This document shows positions 54,753-64,000 of a DNA stretch of 64,000 bases, piece by piece. Both the position numbers and the translations under genes were made by a program. This stretch comes from Naegleria gruberi (lineage: Eukaryota), in assembly GCA_000004985.1 (NCBI GenBank), contig GG738888.1; one strand, given 5' to 3'. The notes under the pieces were generated by a model. It ran no database searches. It was not told the origin of the DNA and saw nothing but the letters and a program-made list of their open reading frames with translations. Each line of letters begins with the position of its first letter. Position 1 is the stretch's first letter.

Positions 54753-56589
54753 ATGGATATTTTCTGTGTGTGTATAGCAGAATTTGATTTACTCAAAGGA
54801 AACACACTTTCACATGTGTATCCACCCGAACGAAGAACTATCCTAAACACTTTCACATCTCATTTGGGAGATTATTGTCTTCCGGATGGTGCTCACTATT
54901 TTGAAGAGGATGCTACCTATCTGGTAATTCCTTCAAATGTTGTGAGTTCTTCTCTGTATAGTTATTTGAAATCGGGTGCTTCTTCTAACAATGTTTCTAG
55001 TGTTTCGAATAGTGAGAATAGTTCAGTTGTTAATAATACACAACAAGTAATGGAATTTATTGAACCCTATGTGGATAAACCAATGTATGCTCATTGTTTA
55101 TTTAGAAATAAGAAGGATGAACGTGTCAAGAGAGGCGCCATTCAAAAGTCAATTATTTTATTTTCATCAAAACCATTATTTACTGTTTATGAGAATTTAT
55201 TGAGATTGGCATTGAATAGAATTTTGGATTTGGATAATATTCACTTACAGGTTAATGCTACAGCTACTAAGAAACAACCAGGTGAAGAATTAAACGAAAC
55301 GGATTTAAATCTTTTGAATCAAGTTCATGATCAGATTAATGATACTTTGAAAGAGTTTTATAACGAGTGCAGAAATTGTAACATGTTACAATTGAAATTA
55401 TTCCCAAATACTGATACTATTACTTTGAATATTCCACGTCAGATTGATCCATTCACACCAATTGCATTTACACATGGAACTTCTCTTGTACAATTAGTTC
55501 AATATTTTGGATTGGAAACAATGCTTGTTTGTTGGAATGCTCTATTATTGGATAAGAGAATTATGGTAATTGGTTCACCTGCCAAGTTGGTTTCACAGAT
55601 CTGTCTCACTCTTCCTCTCTTGATTTATCCATTCCAATATAATGTCAATCGTGTACATCCATATGTGCCACTCTCAGAGATGGATGATGTGTTATCTGCA
55701 ACTTCTAAAATTCCAGAATATATCATTGGTACGACGAATGCTCTCTTTGAAACTCAAGGAAAAAATCAGAGAACTCAATGGTGGGATGTTTGTTTGAGTG
55801 TCAATTCTAGAAAAGTTCAACTTGCTGAAAAGATGCCACCTCATTTCGGTGGCTCTGATTTGGCATTCCTCAATACAAATGATAGCGAAGACGTTCAAAT
55901 TGAAAAGCTCAATGCCTATCAGAAAGTATTCATGTTAAATGTCATTAGTGGAGTGAGAGATGGAAAGAGTGAACAATGGGTTCGTGATCAGTTCAAAACT
56001 CACAATCTCAAGTTTATTACCGAATTATTGACAAAGGGAAAGCTTACTGATATAGTTGAGAATGTTCCGTCTGATGTAGGTGTCGATCCACAAAAACAAC
56101 AAGTGGCTTTGAAGAATATTTCAGGAGGTCAATTGAAAAAGATTCAAAGACAGTTCATTGCTGAATCCTCCAAGTTTAGAACCTATGCTTTCAAACAATA
56201 TTCAACATTTAGAAGTTCACACTGTAGTGGAGATAAGAGTGATGACAAACAATCGGAATCTGTTCTCCAATTATTGCAATATTTACAGGTCGATAGGATT
56301 ATCAAGAAGCAAAAGCTTAAATACTTGTTTGATTTGGATAAGATGTTGTGTAATGTTGATCAAATTGACTTGTTATTGTCAGTTAGTGATAATTCAAGTA
56401 TTTTTACAACTATTAAGAATAACAAGTGGTTAATTGATGATAATAATCAGTGGAGAAAGTACAGTGCCAGTATTTTATCCCAATTGGCAATTAGTGTTAA
56501 AGGTCAAATTCAATTATTGTCTCTTCTTCCATCTATCAAACTCTTGACCGAAGATTCAATGCCAAATGTCAAGAGAATTGGTTATTACT
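54753..56589 (+). CDS. DENN-domain protein (AVL9/DENND6-like), 5' portion only; truncated by the assembly gap
   Basis: uDENN-like N-terminus MDIFCVCIAEFDLLKGNTLSHVYPPE. cDENN core LVQYFGLETMLVCWNALLLDKRIMVIGSPAKLVSQICLTLPLLIYPFQYNVNRVHPYVPLSEMDDVLSATSKIPEYIIGTTNALF matches the pattern LLxEkRIlfxS...LtxxxxAlxxLLyPFxWqhxyIPvLP. ORF runs directly into the N run at 56590. Confidence 0.55.
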
Positions 56590-57984
56590 NNNNNNNNNNN
56601 NNNNNNNNNNNNNNNNNNNNNNNNNNNNNNNNNNNNNNNNNNNNNNNNNNNNNNNNNNNNNNNNNNNNNNNNNNNNNNNNNNNNNNNNNNNNNNNNNNNN
56701 NNNNNNNNNNNNNNNNNNNNNNNNNNNNNNNNNNNNNNNNNNNNNNNNNNNNNNNNNNNNNNNNNNNNNNNNNNNNNNNNNNNNNNNNNNNNNNNNNNNN
56801 NNNNNNNNNNNNNNNNNNNNNNNNNNNNNNNNNNNNNNNNNNNNNNNNNNNNNNNNNNNNNNNNNNNNNNNNNNNNNNNNNNNNNNNNNNNNNNNNNNNN
56901 NNNNNNNNNNNNNNNNNNNNNNNNNNNNNNNNNNNNNNNNNNNNNNNNNNNNNNNNNNNNNNNNNNNNNNNNNNNNNNNNNNNNNNNNNNNNNNNNNNNN
57001 NNNNNNNNNNNNNNNNNNNNNNNNNNNNNNNNNNNNNNNNNNNNNNNNNNNNNNNNNNNNNNNNNNNNNNNNNNNNNNNNNNNNNNNNNNNNNNNNNNNN
57101 NNNNNNNNNNNNNNNNNNNNNNNNNNNNNNNNNNNNNNNNNNNNNNNNNNNNNNNNNNNNNNNNNNNNNNNNNNNNNNNNNNNNNNNNNNNNNNNNNNNN
57201 NNNNNNNNNNNNNNNNNNNNNNNNNNNNNNNNNNNNNNNNNNNNNNNNNNNNNNNNNNNNNNNNNNNNNNNNNNNNNNNNNNNNNNNNNNNNNNNNNNNN
57301 NNNNNNNNNNNNNNNNNNNNNNNNNNNNNNNNNNNNNNNNNNNNNNNNNNNNNNNNNNNNNNNNNNNNNNNNNNNNNNNNNNNNNNNNNNNNNNNNNNNN
57401 NNNNNNNNNNNNNNNNNNNNNNNNNNNNNNNNNNNNNNNNNNNNNNNNNNNNNNNNNNNNNNNNNNNNNNNNNNNNNNNNNNNNNNNNNNNNNNNNNNNN
57501 NNNNNNNNNNNNNNNNNNNNNNNNNNNNNNNNNNNNNNNNNNNNNNNNNNNNNNNNNNNNNNNNNNNNNNNNNNNNNNNNNNNNNNNNNNNNNNNNNNNN
57601 NNNNNNNNNNNNNNNNNNNNNNNNNNNNNNNNNNNNNNNNNNNNNNNNNNNNNNNNNNNNNNNNNNNNNNNNNNNNNNNNNNNNNNNNNNNNNNNNNNNN
57701 NNNNNNNNNNNNNNNNNNNNNNNNNNNNNNNNNNNNNNNNNNNNNNNNNNNNNNNNNNNNNNNNNNNNNNNNNNNNNNNNNNNNNNNNNNNNNNNNNNNN
57801 NNNNNNNNNNNNNNNNNNNNNNNNNNNNNNNNNNNNNNNNNNNNNNNNNNNNNNNNNNNNNNNNNNNNNNNNNNNNNNNNNNNNNNNNNNNNNNNNNNNN
57901 NNNNNNNNNNNNNNNNNNNNNNNNNNNNNNNNNNNNNNNNNNNNNNNNNNNNNNNNNNNNNNNNNNNNNNNNNNNNNNNNNNNN
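56590..57984. other. Assembly gap (1,395 N)
   Basis: Uninterrupted run of n. The X-only ORFs in the track across this span are artefacts. Both flanking genes (DENN on +, family copy 0 on -) run into it. Confidence 0.99.
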
Positions 57985-58454
57985 TGACAATCTGTTATTT
58001 GTGTGGAATTTGATCGCATGTCAGTAGCATTAGAATTACTTAGAGGAAAGTGGACGAAATGGCAATAATCTGATGGCGTGATTGTTGACGCATGCATGTC
58101 ATTTTCCATTTGCTGATTTTTCGCTTTGTTCAATTCTTCCAAAATCGAATATTCACTATCAACATGCATATTAGGATTACTGACATGTGTCTCGACATGC
58201 ATCTTGACAGGTAAGCTCATTACACTAGCTAAACTATCCTTCTTAGATAAAACTCTAAATTGTGATGTTGGCTCTTGATGTTTCTCCACATGAAATACGA
58301 AATAATTATCCAAAAATCTTTCGTTTAATAAAGTCTTTCTTAAACGTTGAGTTTTCAGTTTGTTTTCACGTTTGGCTATTCGCATGGAAGTTCTCAATGT
58401 TTCGTCTATGAAGGAAACATCTCTTTGATTGAGTTTCGAATAAGGTTGTGGCAT
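57985..58454 (-). CDS. Member 0 of the novel tandem small-gene family (N-terminal about 156 aa present; C-terminus lost in gap); divergent, longer variant
   Basis: MPQPYSKLNQRDVSFIDETLRTSMRIAKRENKLKTQRLRKTLLNERFLDNYFVFHVEKHQEPTSQFRV shares the family N-terminal signature F.DET..T..RI.K....K...LRK.L.N..L.NYFV...EK.E....FR with the three downstream copies. Confidence 0.45.
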
Positions 58455-59478
58455 GTTTTTTTTTAGTTGGAAAGTTTCAAACTTTCTTCATGCACAAGGG
58501 TAATATCGAACAAGTCTGGTTGTGAGCACATTCAAAATGGTCAATGGAAAGATTTTTTAAAGTACATGGTTATGGCATTATCCAAAAAGGGAACATTGAT
58601 GGTCAATTAAGGTTTTTGCACATCAATTCAAAGTTGCCTTGTATAGTGCAATGAGTTCTTCCACAATAATTGTTGGTTAATACTAGCAATCAAAAGTTAA
58701 AAGTTCCATTTTTGAACATTAACTTTAATACTGTTCTGTTGTCTGTTGTAAAAGTCAATTTTTATTATTACAATGTCGCATGAATGAAATTATGCGTTTT
58801 ATTGTTCTGATAATGGCACTCTTCTAAAATAGAAGTTTGATACTTGCTAATTATTGAGGCACATGATTCGTTTCGTTTCTTATCGGTCTGTATGTGCTTA
58901 ATGAAGTTGAGAAAACTTTCGAAAGTACACGTTTCGGTTTCACCACTTTCATCATCTAATAAGAATGTGGAAAGTAGTGGTTTTTCTGCAATAATTCTTG
59001 TATAAATTTCAAGGTTTCCATTCAATTTGTTTGTGAACATTAACATCATTTTCTGGAAGAAAGGATTTAAAATCGTTCAGCCAAGTTACCATATCAAACA
59101 AATGTGTTCATAAATGCTTCAAACTAATAATGTTCTGCTAATCATTAAGCATTACCGGATAGATTATCATTTTTCTTCTGAAAGATAATCAAATTCAAAC
59201 TTATTAGAGATTGGAAAATAGTGGTATTGTTTCTGCCTCATTTCAGTGTCACTTTGCCAGCATGGAATTGTCACAACAGGATATGGAACTGTGTGCTTAA
59301 TGAAGTTTCCAATGAATGTTGATGAGAATCCTTTCGAATACAATCTGTTTCAGTTTCACTTAAAGTAGCGAGATGGGTAAAACAGAGATATTACTCAAAA
59401 GATTAGTTCTCAAAACACAAGATCCCATTCTAAATCGCAGATATGAAAATCATGAGAGTTGCGACTCAACTGAGATTT

Positions 59479-59937
59479 TTATTGGAAGAAGTTTCTGTTT
59501 TGTCCTTGATCCATAAGAGCACAACACAATTGCAGTAGAAATAAATCGAATTGTTGCTGATGGTTGTGGATAGTGTTTGTAGTTTCTTCTGGTTGTTGTG
59601 TTTCATTTCGAATGATATTTGTTTCGAATAATTGATTTTGCTCGTGGTTATAGTTTGCTGATTGCAAGTTGTTGATCTTTGGTGGAGAAGTGCTAACGTG
59701 TTTAGTCACAATTAATTGTTCACTTTCGAATGATTTGGATCCATCAATTCGAAAGACAACAGTTTCGTCCTTTTCAGGGTTCAAAACAAAGTAATTCTTC
59801 AATAAATCATCATTACACAATTGTTTTCTCAACTCGTGTTTGGCAGATATCTTTACCTTCTTTTGAATTCTATTCAAAGTTTTACAAGTTTCGTCCTTGA
59901 ACATTATTTGTTTCGTCTTCTTATTCGAATTATTCAT
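59479..59937 (-). CDS. Member A of novel tandem small-gene family (152 aa)
   Basis: MNNSNKKTKQIMFKDETCKTLNRIQKKVKISAKHELRKQLCNDDLLKNYFVLNPEKDETVVFRI...FLLQLCCALMDQGQNRNFFQ. Full ATG-to-stop ORF. N-terminal about 70 aa and C-terminal about 25 aa conserved with members B and C. Middle about 50 aa Q/N/T-rich and divergent. Confidence 0.55.
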   Translation of the reverse strand: MNNSNKKTKQIMFKDETCKTLNRIQKKVKISAKHELRKQLCNDDLLKNYFVLNPEKDETVVFRIDGSKSFESEQLIVTKHVSTSPPKINNLQSANYNHEQNQLFETNIIRNETQQPEETTNTIHNHQQQFDLFLLQLCCALMDQGQNRNFFQ

Positions 59938-60815
59938 CTTTGAGTTATTTTATTTAATATTAATTCAATGTCCAGCACACATGTTTCCATGATCAAAAGT
60001 TTGCCTTTATCAACTGAACCTGCCAAATTGTCCTTTTTGATATTGACAATCAGATGTGCTGCATTCAAACAATCACATTTACAAACTTAAAACGAAAGGA
60101 GATATTCGATATGGAAAATTGCAATTTCATTATGGAATTACGAGACAATTGAGGCTCTTTCAAATTTTGGCTTCATGACCTCGAGGGAAAACACTTTAAA
60201 AGGAATTATCTTTATTTGTCAAATTTTCATGGAAATGAGATTGTGGGAGCTCAATATCACAACATTTAAATAATTACAAATGTGAGAATGGGAAGAACAA
60301 GCAGATTCGACGAAAGGAACACTGAGGTAGTTTGATAGAGTTGATATTCTTTCGTGTGATGATGAACTAAACCAAGTAGCCCACAAGCTATGAGAGTCTT
60401 GGATGGTTTGCTGGTTGTGTTGTTTTAAAAAGAAAGAAAACAATTCATCTATGATATTAATCCACACTTCATATAAAATATCTAAAAATTATTGCTATTT
60501 TCTTAAAGTATCTAAAAATTATTAAAGTAATTTGCCTTGTAATTAAACAAATTTACTATATTGGTTATCATTTTACTTGCTCGTTAGATATCTAAGTTTC
60601 TTGTGATGCGTCCATTATTCGAAAGCCAAATCCTCCATGCATGTAAGCCAAAAAACTGTCATCCTTTCGAATGAACACACTTCAATTTTGCTAAAGCAGA
60701 TCAATAGTGCTTCAACTGATAATTGATTTAATGTTGGGTCTCTTCAATAATAATACGACATACCTAATCAACAAGTGCATTAACTGATGAGTGGGAGAAA
60801 TCTCAATTTACAGAT

Positions 60816-61262
60816 TTATTGAAAATTATTTCTGTTTTCTCCTTGATCTAATTGTGCACAACATAACTGCAGAAGGAATAGATTTAATTGTTGATGGTTG
60901 TGGAGAGAGTTTGAAGTTTCGTCTAGTTGGGGATCATTTCGAATGGTTTCTAATGATTGAACAAGTGGAATTGGCTCTTGGTTTTGATATGATACGTTGC
61001 TGATCTTTGGTGGAGAGGAGCTGACTTGTTTAGTTACAATTAATTGCTCATTTTCGAATGATTTAATGTCATCAATGCGAAAGACTGAAGTTTCGTCTTT
61101 TTCTCTATCCAAAACAAAGTAATTCTTCAATAATTCATCATTGCATAATTGTTTCCTGAGTTCGTGCTTGGCAGACTTTACTTTCTTCTTGTTTATTCTA
61201 TTCAATGTTTTACTAGTTTCGTCTGTGAACATTAGTTTCGGATTCTTTCCATTATTCATCAT
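60816..61262 (-). CDS. Member B of novel tandem small-gene family (148 aa)
   Basis: MMNNGKNPKLMFTDETSKTLNRINKKKVKSAKHELRKQLCNDELLKNYFVLDREKDETSVFRI...FLLQLCCAQLDQGENRNNFQ. Same conserved termini. About 40-nt conserved 3' flank (CAA(c/t)TT(g/a)CAGATTTATTGAAA) shared with member C. Confidence 0.55.
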   Translation of the reverse strand: MMNNGKNPKLMFTDETSKTLNRINKKKVKSAKHELRKQLCNDELLKNYFVLDREKDETSVFRIDDIKSFENEQLIVTKQVSSSPPKISNVSYQNQEPIPLVQSLETIRNDPQLDETSNSLHNHQQLNLFLLQLCCAQLDQGENRNNFQ

Positions 61263-62496
61263 GGAATCTTTTTGGTATTTTATTTGATCACGTAATTTGA
61301 GATTTTTGCTTCTGAACCTGTCAACAATTCAGCAAGGACTTTAGCACCACTTTCTATCAAGAAATTTCCAACAGAAAGAGTTGTATAGTTGACAGATATC
61401 AAAATTAAGGCACCTGACATGTGTCATGAGAGGAAGATAAGGTTGAATAAAAACGAAACATGTTAAATTTAGTTTATTTCTTTTTTGTTTATTTCTCGTA
61501 GAAGCTCCTCTTCTTTGCAGACCTCTATTTTCTCCATTACTCTTTAAGGAAATAATTAGTGACTTTCTTTTTAGAAACAAGAGTTTCGGATATCAAAATA
61601 TTAATAATAATACCTTTTCATTAAATAGGCAATCCACATTTTCCAAAAACACTTTAATCATGTAGAAAAGGGAGAATTCATTTATAGACTTTTCAGTCGA
61701 AATTTACCATTTGTTGATTTGTAATTATTCGAAAATGATTTATTTCAGAAATGATGAGTATCCTTTGTTATATTTCACTGAATAGTTTTTCAGAAAAAGT
61801 TTTCCACTATCACTCACTACATGTGTTGAAACACATTGTTGAACAAAGTTCTGAGTTATTTTTAATACTCTTCAATTCCACTTAATAATGCTTTCATTTA
61901 CAATTATTGTACATTAAAATTGTGTTTGTTGATGAATTGATGTAAATTCTTGCCAGGTTTGATGTGACAGACTGATTCGGTCTGGTTGACAATACATGAA
62001 CACACTACTAGCTGTTGATTGTTGATCCTCTAGATTCAATCTATTTGATTGTGGTATTAAAATGTTACATGACCACACCTTTTTTTGACACACATGTACA
62101 TGTAGCTGTTGTGTGCATGTTCAGCAATTTAACAAATATGATAACAATTGAAGCATGCTATATCTCTTTCGAAACCTCCACTATTAACTTTCTTCTAACA
62201 ACATTATTCCGGTGCTACATGTAAGCACACATGGTCAGCATGTTATTTCTTTTTTGTTTGAACGTATTGGAAGTCTACATGTTGTAACCTCAACAACATG
62301 ATGACTTTCTAATATTTCAATTTCACCAAAAGCAGTGAAATGACTCATTTTAAGCAGGCAAATTGCTTTTAAACGATCTAATGAATTTGTAACAGTGGTA
62401 TTATTCAAGATTAGTTTGCCTAAATCTGCCTTCTTCGCGTAATTGACTGGCCGAAAGTCATGGATGAGAAAATTTACAAATCTCCAACTTGCAGAT

Positions 62497-62946
62497 TTAT
62501 TGAAAGCAACTTCTTTTTTGCCCTTCTTGTTGGTGAATGAGTGCACAACACAATTGTAGAAGGAATTGGTTCATTTCTTGTTGGTTGTGGATGGTGTTTA
62601 TAATTTCGTCTGGTTGTGGATCATTTCGAATGGTTTCAGATACTTGTACTGGTGGATTTGGTTCATGGTGATGAGTTGATTGGACGTTAGTGACCATTGA
62701 GTGTTTAGTCACAATTACTTGCTCATTTTCTAATGGTGTGTTTTCAATTCGAAAGACAACAGTTTCGTCCTTTTCAGGGTTCAAAACAAAGTAATTCTTT
62801 AATAAATCATCATTACACAACTGTTTTCTCAATTCATGTTTGGCAGATATCTTTTCCTTCTTCTTATGTATTCTATTCAATGTTTTACAAGTTTCGTCCA
62901 TAAACTTTATAACTTTCTCCTTCTTTCTAATATTCGAATTTTTCAT
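62497..62946 (-). CDS. Member C of novel tandem small-gene family (149 aa)
   Basis: MKNSNIRKKEKVIKFMDETCKTLNRIHKKKEKISAKHELRKQLCNDDLLKNYFVLNPEKDETVVFRI...FLLQLCCALIHQQEGQKRSCFQ. The block KHELRKQLCNDDLLKNYFVLNPEKDETVVFRI is identical at the amino-acid level to member A. Confidence 0.55.
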   Translation of the reverse strand: MKNSNIRKKEKVIKFMDETCKTLNRIHKKKEKISAKHELRKQLCNDDLLKNYFVLNPEKDETVVFRIENTPLENEQVIVTKHSMVTNVQSTHHHEPNPPVQVSETIRNDPQPDEIINTIHNQQEMNQFLLQLCCALIHQQEGQKRSCFQ

Positions 62947-63392
62947 TGGTTTGAGAGTTTTTTATTTTAATTTGTACAGACCTGTCATCATCAGTACGTA
63001 TGTGAAGCATGAACAATTATAATTTGTAACTTCTAATCTGAGAATTTGAGATTATAGAGTTGAATTTGGCAATTAATTTTGTCCTTTTCAGAGCATCAAA
63101 TTGAAGTGTTTACATGGGTGATACAATGACATCTAACTGAAGTGTTTGACGTGTTTGTGAAATGAAGTTTATTCGAAATTAAACGTAATTTTCTAATTGT
63201 TCCATTCAGGATCAAGTCAAATTTGATTCTTGTTCATTGACTACGGTCCTTTTCATTGATGTTCACTAATCTTAATTTAGATGCCAATTTGAAAAGGCAA
63301 GTAAATGTTCTAAAACTATTGTTTATTGGATGGAGATGATAGCTCTTGGCCAGTTTCGTAAACTCGTCTTGGAAACGAAAAATCTTAAAGAT

Positions 63393-63788
63393 TCAGAGAA
63401 ATTATTTCTGTTTTCTCCTTGCTCTAATTGTGCACAACATAACTGTGGAAGGAATAGATTGAATTGTTGGTTGTGGAGAGAGAGTTTGAAGTTTTGTCGA
63501 GTTGGGGATCATTTCTAAGTTGCCGATCTTTGGTGGAGAAATCGATAAAATAATAGAGAAACAATAAAGAGATTGAATAAATTGAGAGTTTATTGAAAGC
63601 ATAAATATGTGGGTGCCGTAGCTTTGTTGGCAGACAACATCTCATGTTGCAGTCCGGATGGCAATTGCCTTAATGATCATCTCCTTATTGTCCTATACCA
63701 AAAATGATTGTTGTTTAATGAAATATCGAAGTTAGTATATTGCTTTGAGTGTGCAATATTAGTTTCGTCTGTTATTCGAATTATTCAT
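63393..63788 (-). pseudogene. Fragmented pseudocopy (member D) of the tandem family: retains start region and 3' terminal block but the body is deleted/replaced
   Basis: 63393..63520 matches the 3' block of members B/C (…TCTCCTTGCTCTAATTGTGCACAACATAACTGTGGAAGGAATAGATTGAATTGTTGG…GGGGATCATTTC), but with an about 70-nt internal deletion relative to B. 63760..63850 matches the start (ATGAATAATTCGAATAAC…) and upstream flank of member B. The about 240 nt between are unrelated, so no intact ORF. Confidence 0.5.
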
Positions 63789-64000
63789 TGTGGAATCATT
63801 TTGATACGTAATTTGAGATTTTTACTTCTTACCCTATCAACAAGCCACCAACTATCCAAAACAAAAGAAGAGCATGTGACCTATTGCATGTGTTGTTGCT
63901 TGATTTCACTGAATAGTTGTCTATATGTTGATCAGTTGATGTGTAATTTGTGCCAATCATCTTGATCCAAAAATGTGAAAGTTGTGTTTTTGAGATAATA

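Larger units (their letters stand above)
57985..63965 (-). repeat. Tandem gene array: at least 5 units (4 coding copies plus 1 pseudocopy) of a 1.3-1.7-kb repeat unit, all on the minus strand, extending from the assembly gap to the window edge
   Basis: Members at 58454, 59937, 61262, 62946 and about 63788 (5' ends), spaced about 1.5, 1.3, 1.7 and 0.85 kb. Coding blocks are about 70-85% identical at the nucleotide level in conserved parts. Inter-copy spacers are mostly unique. Confidence 0.6.

Noticed and set aside
56566-57990. Long poly-X ORFs on both strands (473 aa) and the X-filled extensions of ORFs 54753..58013 and 56556..58454
   Set aside because: They are translations of the N run (assembly gap 56590..57984), not sequence.
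58768-59049. Inter-copy ORFs in the tandem array (58768..59049, 60219..60467, 61341..61580, 62235..62546, 62015..62224)
   Set aside because: Unlike the main family members, these do not recur between repeat units at the protein level. The spacers between copies are largely unique, so they are more likely chance ORFs in spacer DNA, though expression data could overturn this.
1-64000. CRISPR arrays, operons, IS elements, integrons
   Set aside because: The sequence is eukaryotic (spliceosomal introns, tRNA with Pol III terminator, eukaryote-specific domains). No direct-repeat/spacer architecture or inverted-repeat-bounded transposase was seen.

Overview
The window is a gene-dense, AT-rich eukaryotic nuclear scaffold, roughly one gene per 2.5 kb. 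It is not prokaryotic: there are no operons and no CRISPR. Genes carry short spliceosomal introns of about 41-170 nt. Donors are GTAAGT, GTATGT, GTAGGT or GTAGTA; acceptors are YAG. Several genes are split across adjacent ORFs in the six-frame track, and I reconstructed their splice junctions by eye.

A Gal4-type Zn(II)2Cys6 cluster (CX2CX6CX6CX2CX6C) and a 7TM-RGS fusion point to a fungal-like lineage, but taxon is inference only; a compact AT-rich amoebozoan is the alternative.

Recognisable genes:
- a 7TM-RGS receptor
- an ankyrin-repeat protein
- an MFS transporter
- a 4-exon giant receptor kinase (NHL propellers, EGF-like repeats, TM helix, Ser/Thr kinase)
- a Ras-like GTPase with a long N-terminal extension
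- a 6-exon 5'-nucleotidase with a 25-nt micro-exon
- PUS1-type tRNA pseudouridine synthase
- a KxDG nucleotidyltransferase (RNA-ligase-like)
- a Zn2Cys6 transcription factor
- a 3-exon zinc alcohol dehydrogenase
- a CLC chloride channel with CBS tail
- a TMEM147 homolog
- an RCC1-repeat protein
- a TTL/TTLL tubulin ligase
- a 7TM GPCR-like receptor
- NIP7
- a secreted M20 peptidase
- a UBL-UBA protein
- a second RGS protein with a CPxC motif
- a solitary tRNA-Ser(GCU)
- a DENN/AVL9-like gene cut by a 1,395-nt assembly gap (56590..57984)

The most unusual region is the 3' end, about 58-64 kb. It holds a minus-strand tandem array of at least four intact small paralogous genes plus one fragmented pseudocopy. 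The family is unrecognised; copies have conserved N- and C-termini and a hypervariable middle. Also notable: a ~188-bp tandem repeat (x3) upstream of the GPCR-like gene, and unusual domain architectures on the receptor kinase and the Ras-like GTPase.

Feature entries for split genes give the full gene span, with exons listed in the evidence field.
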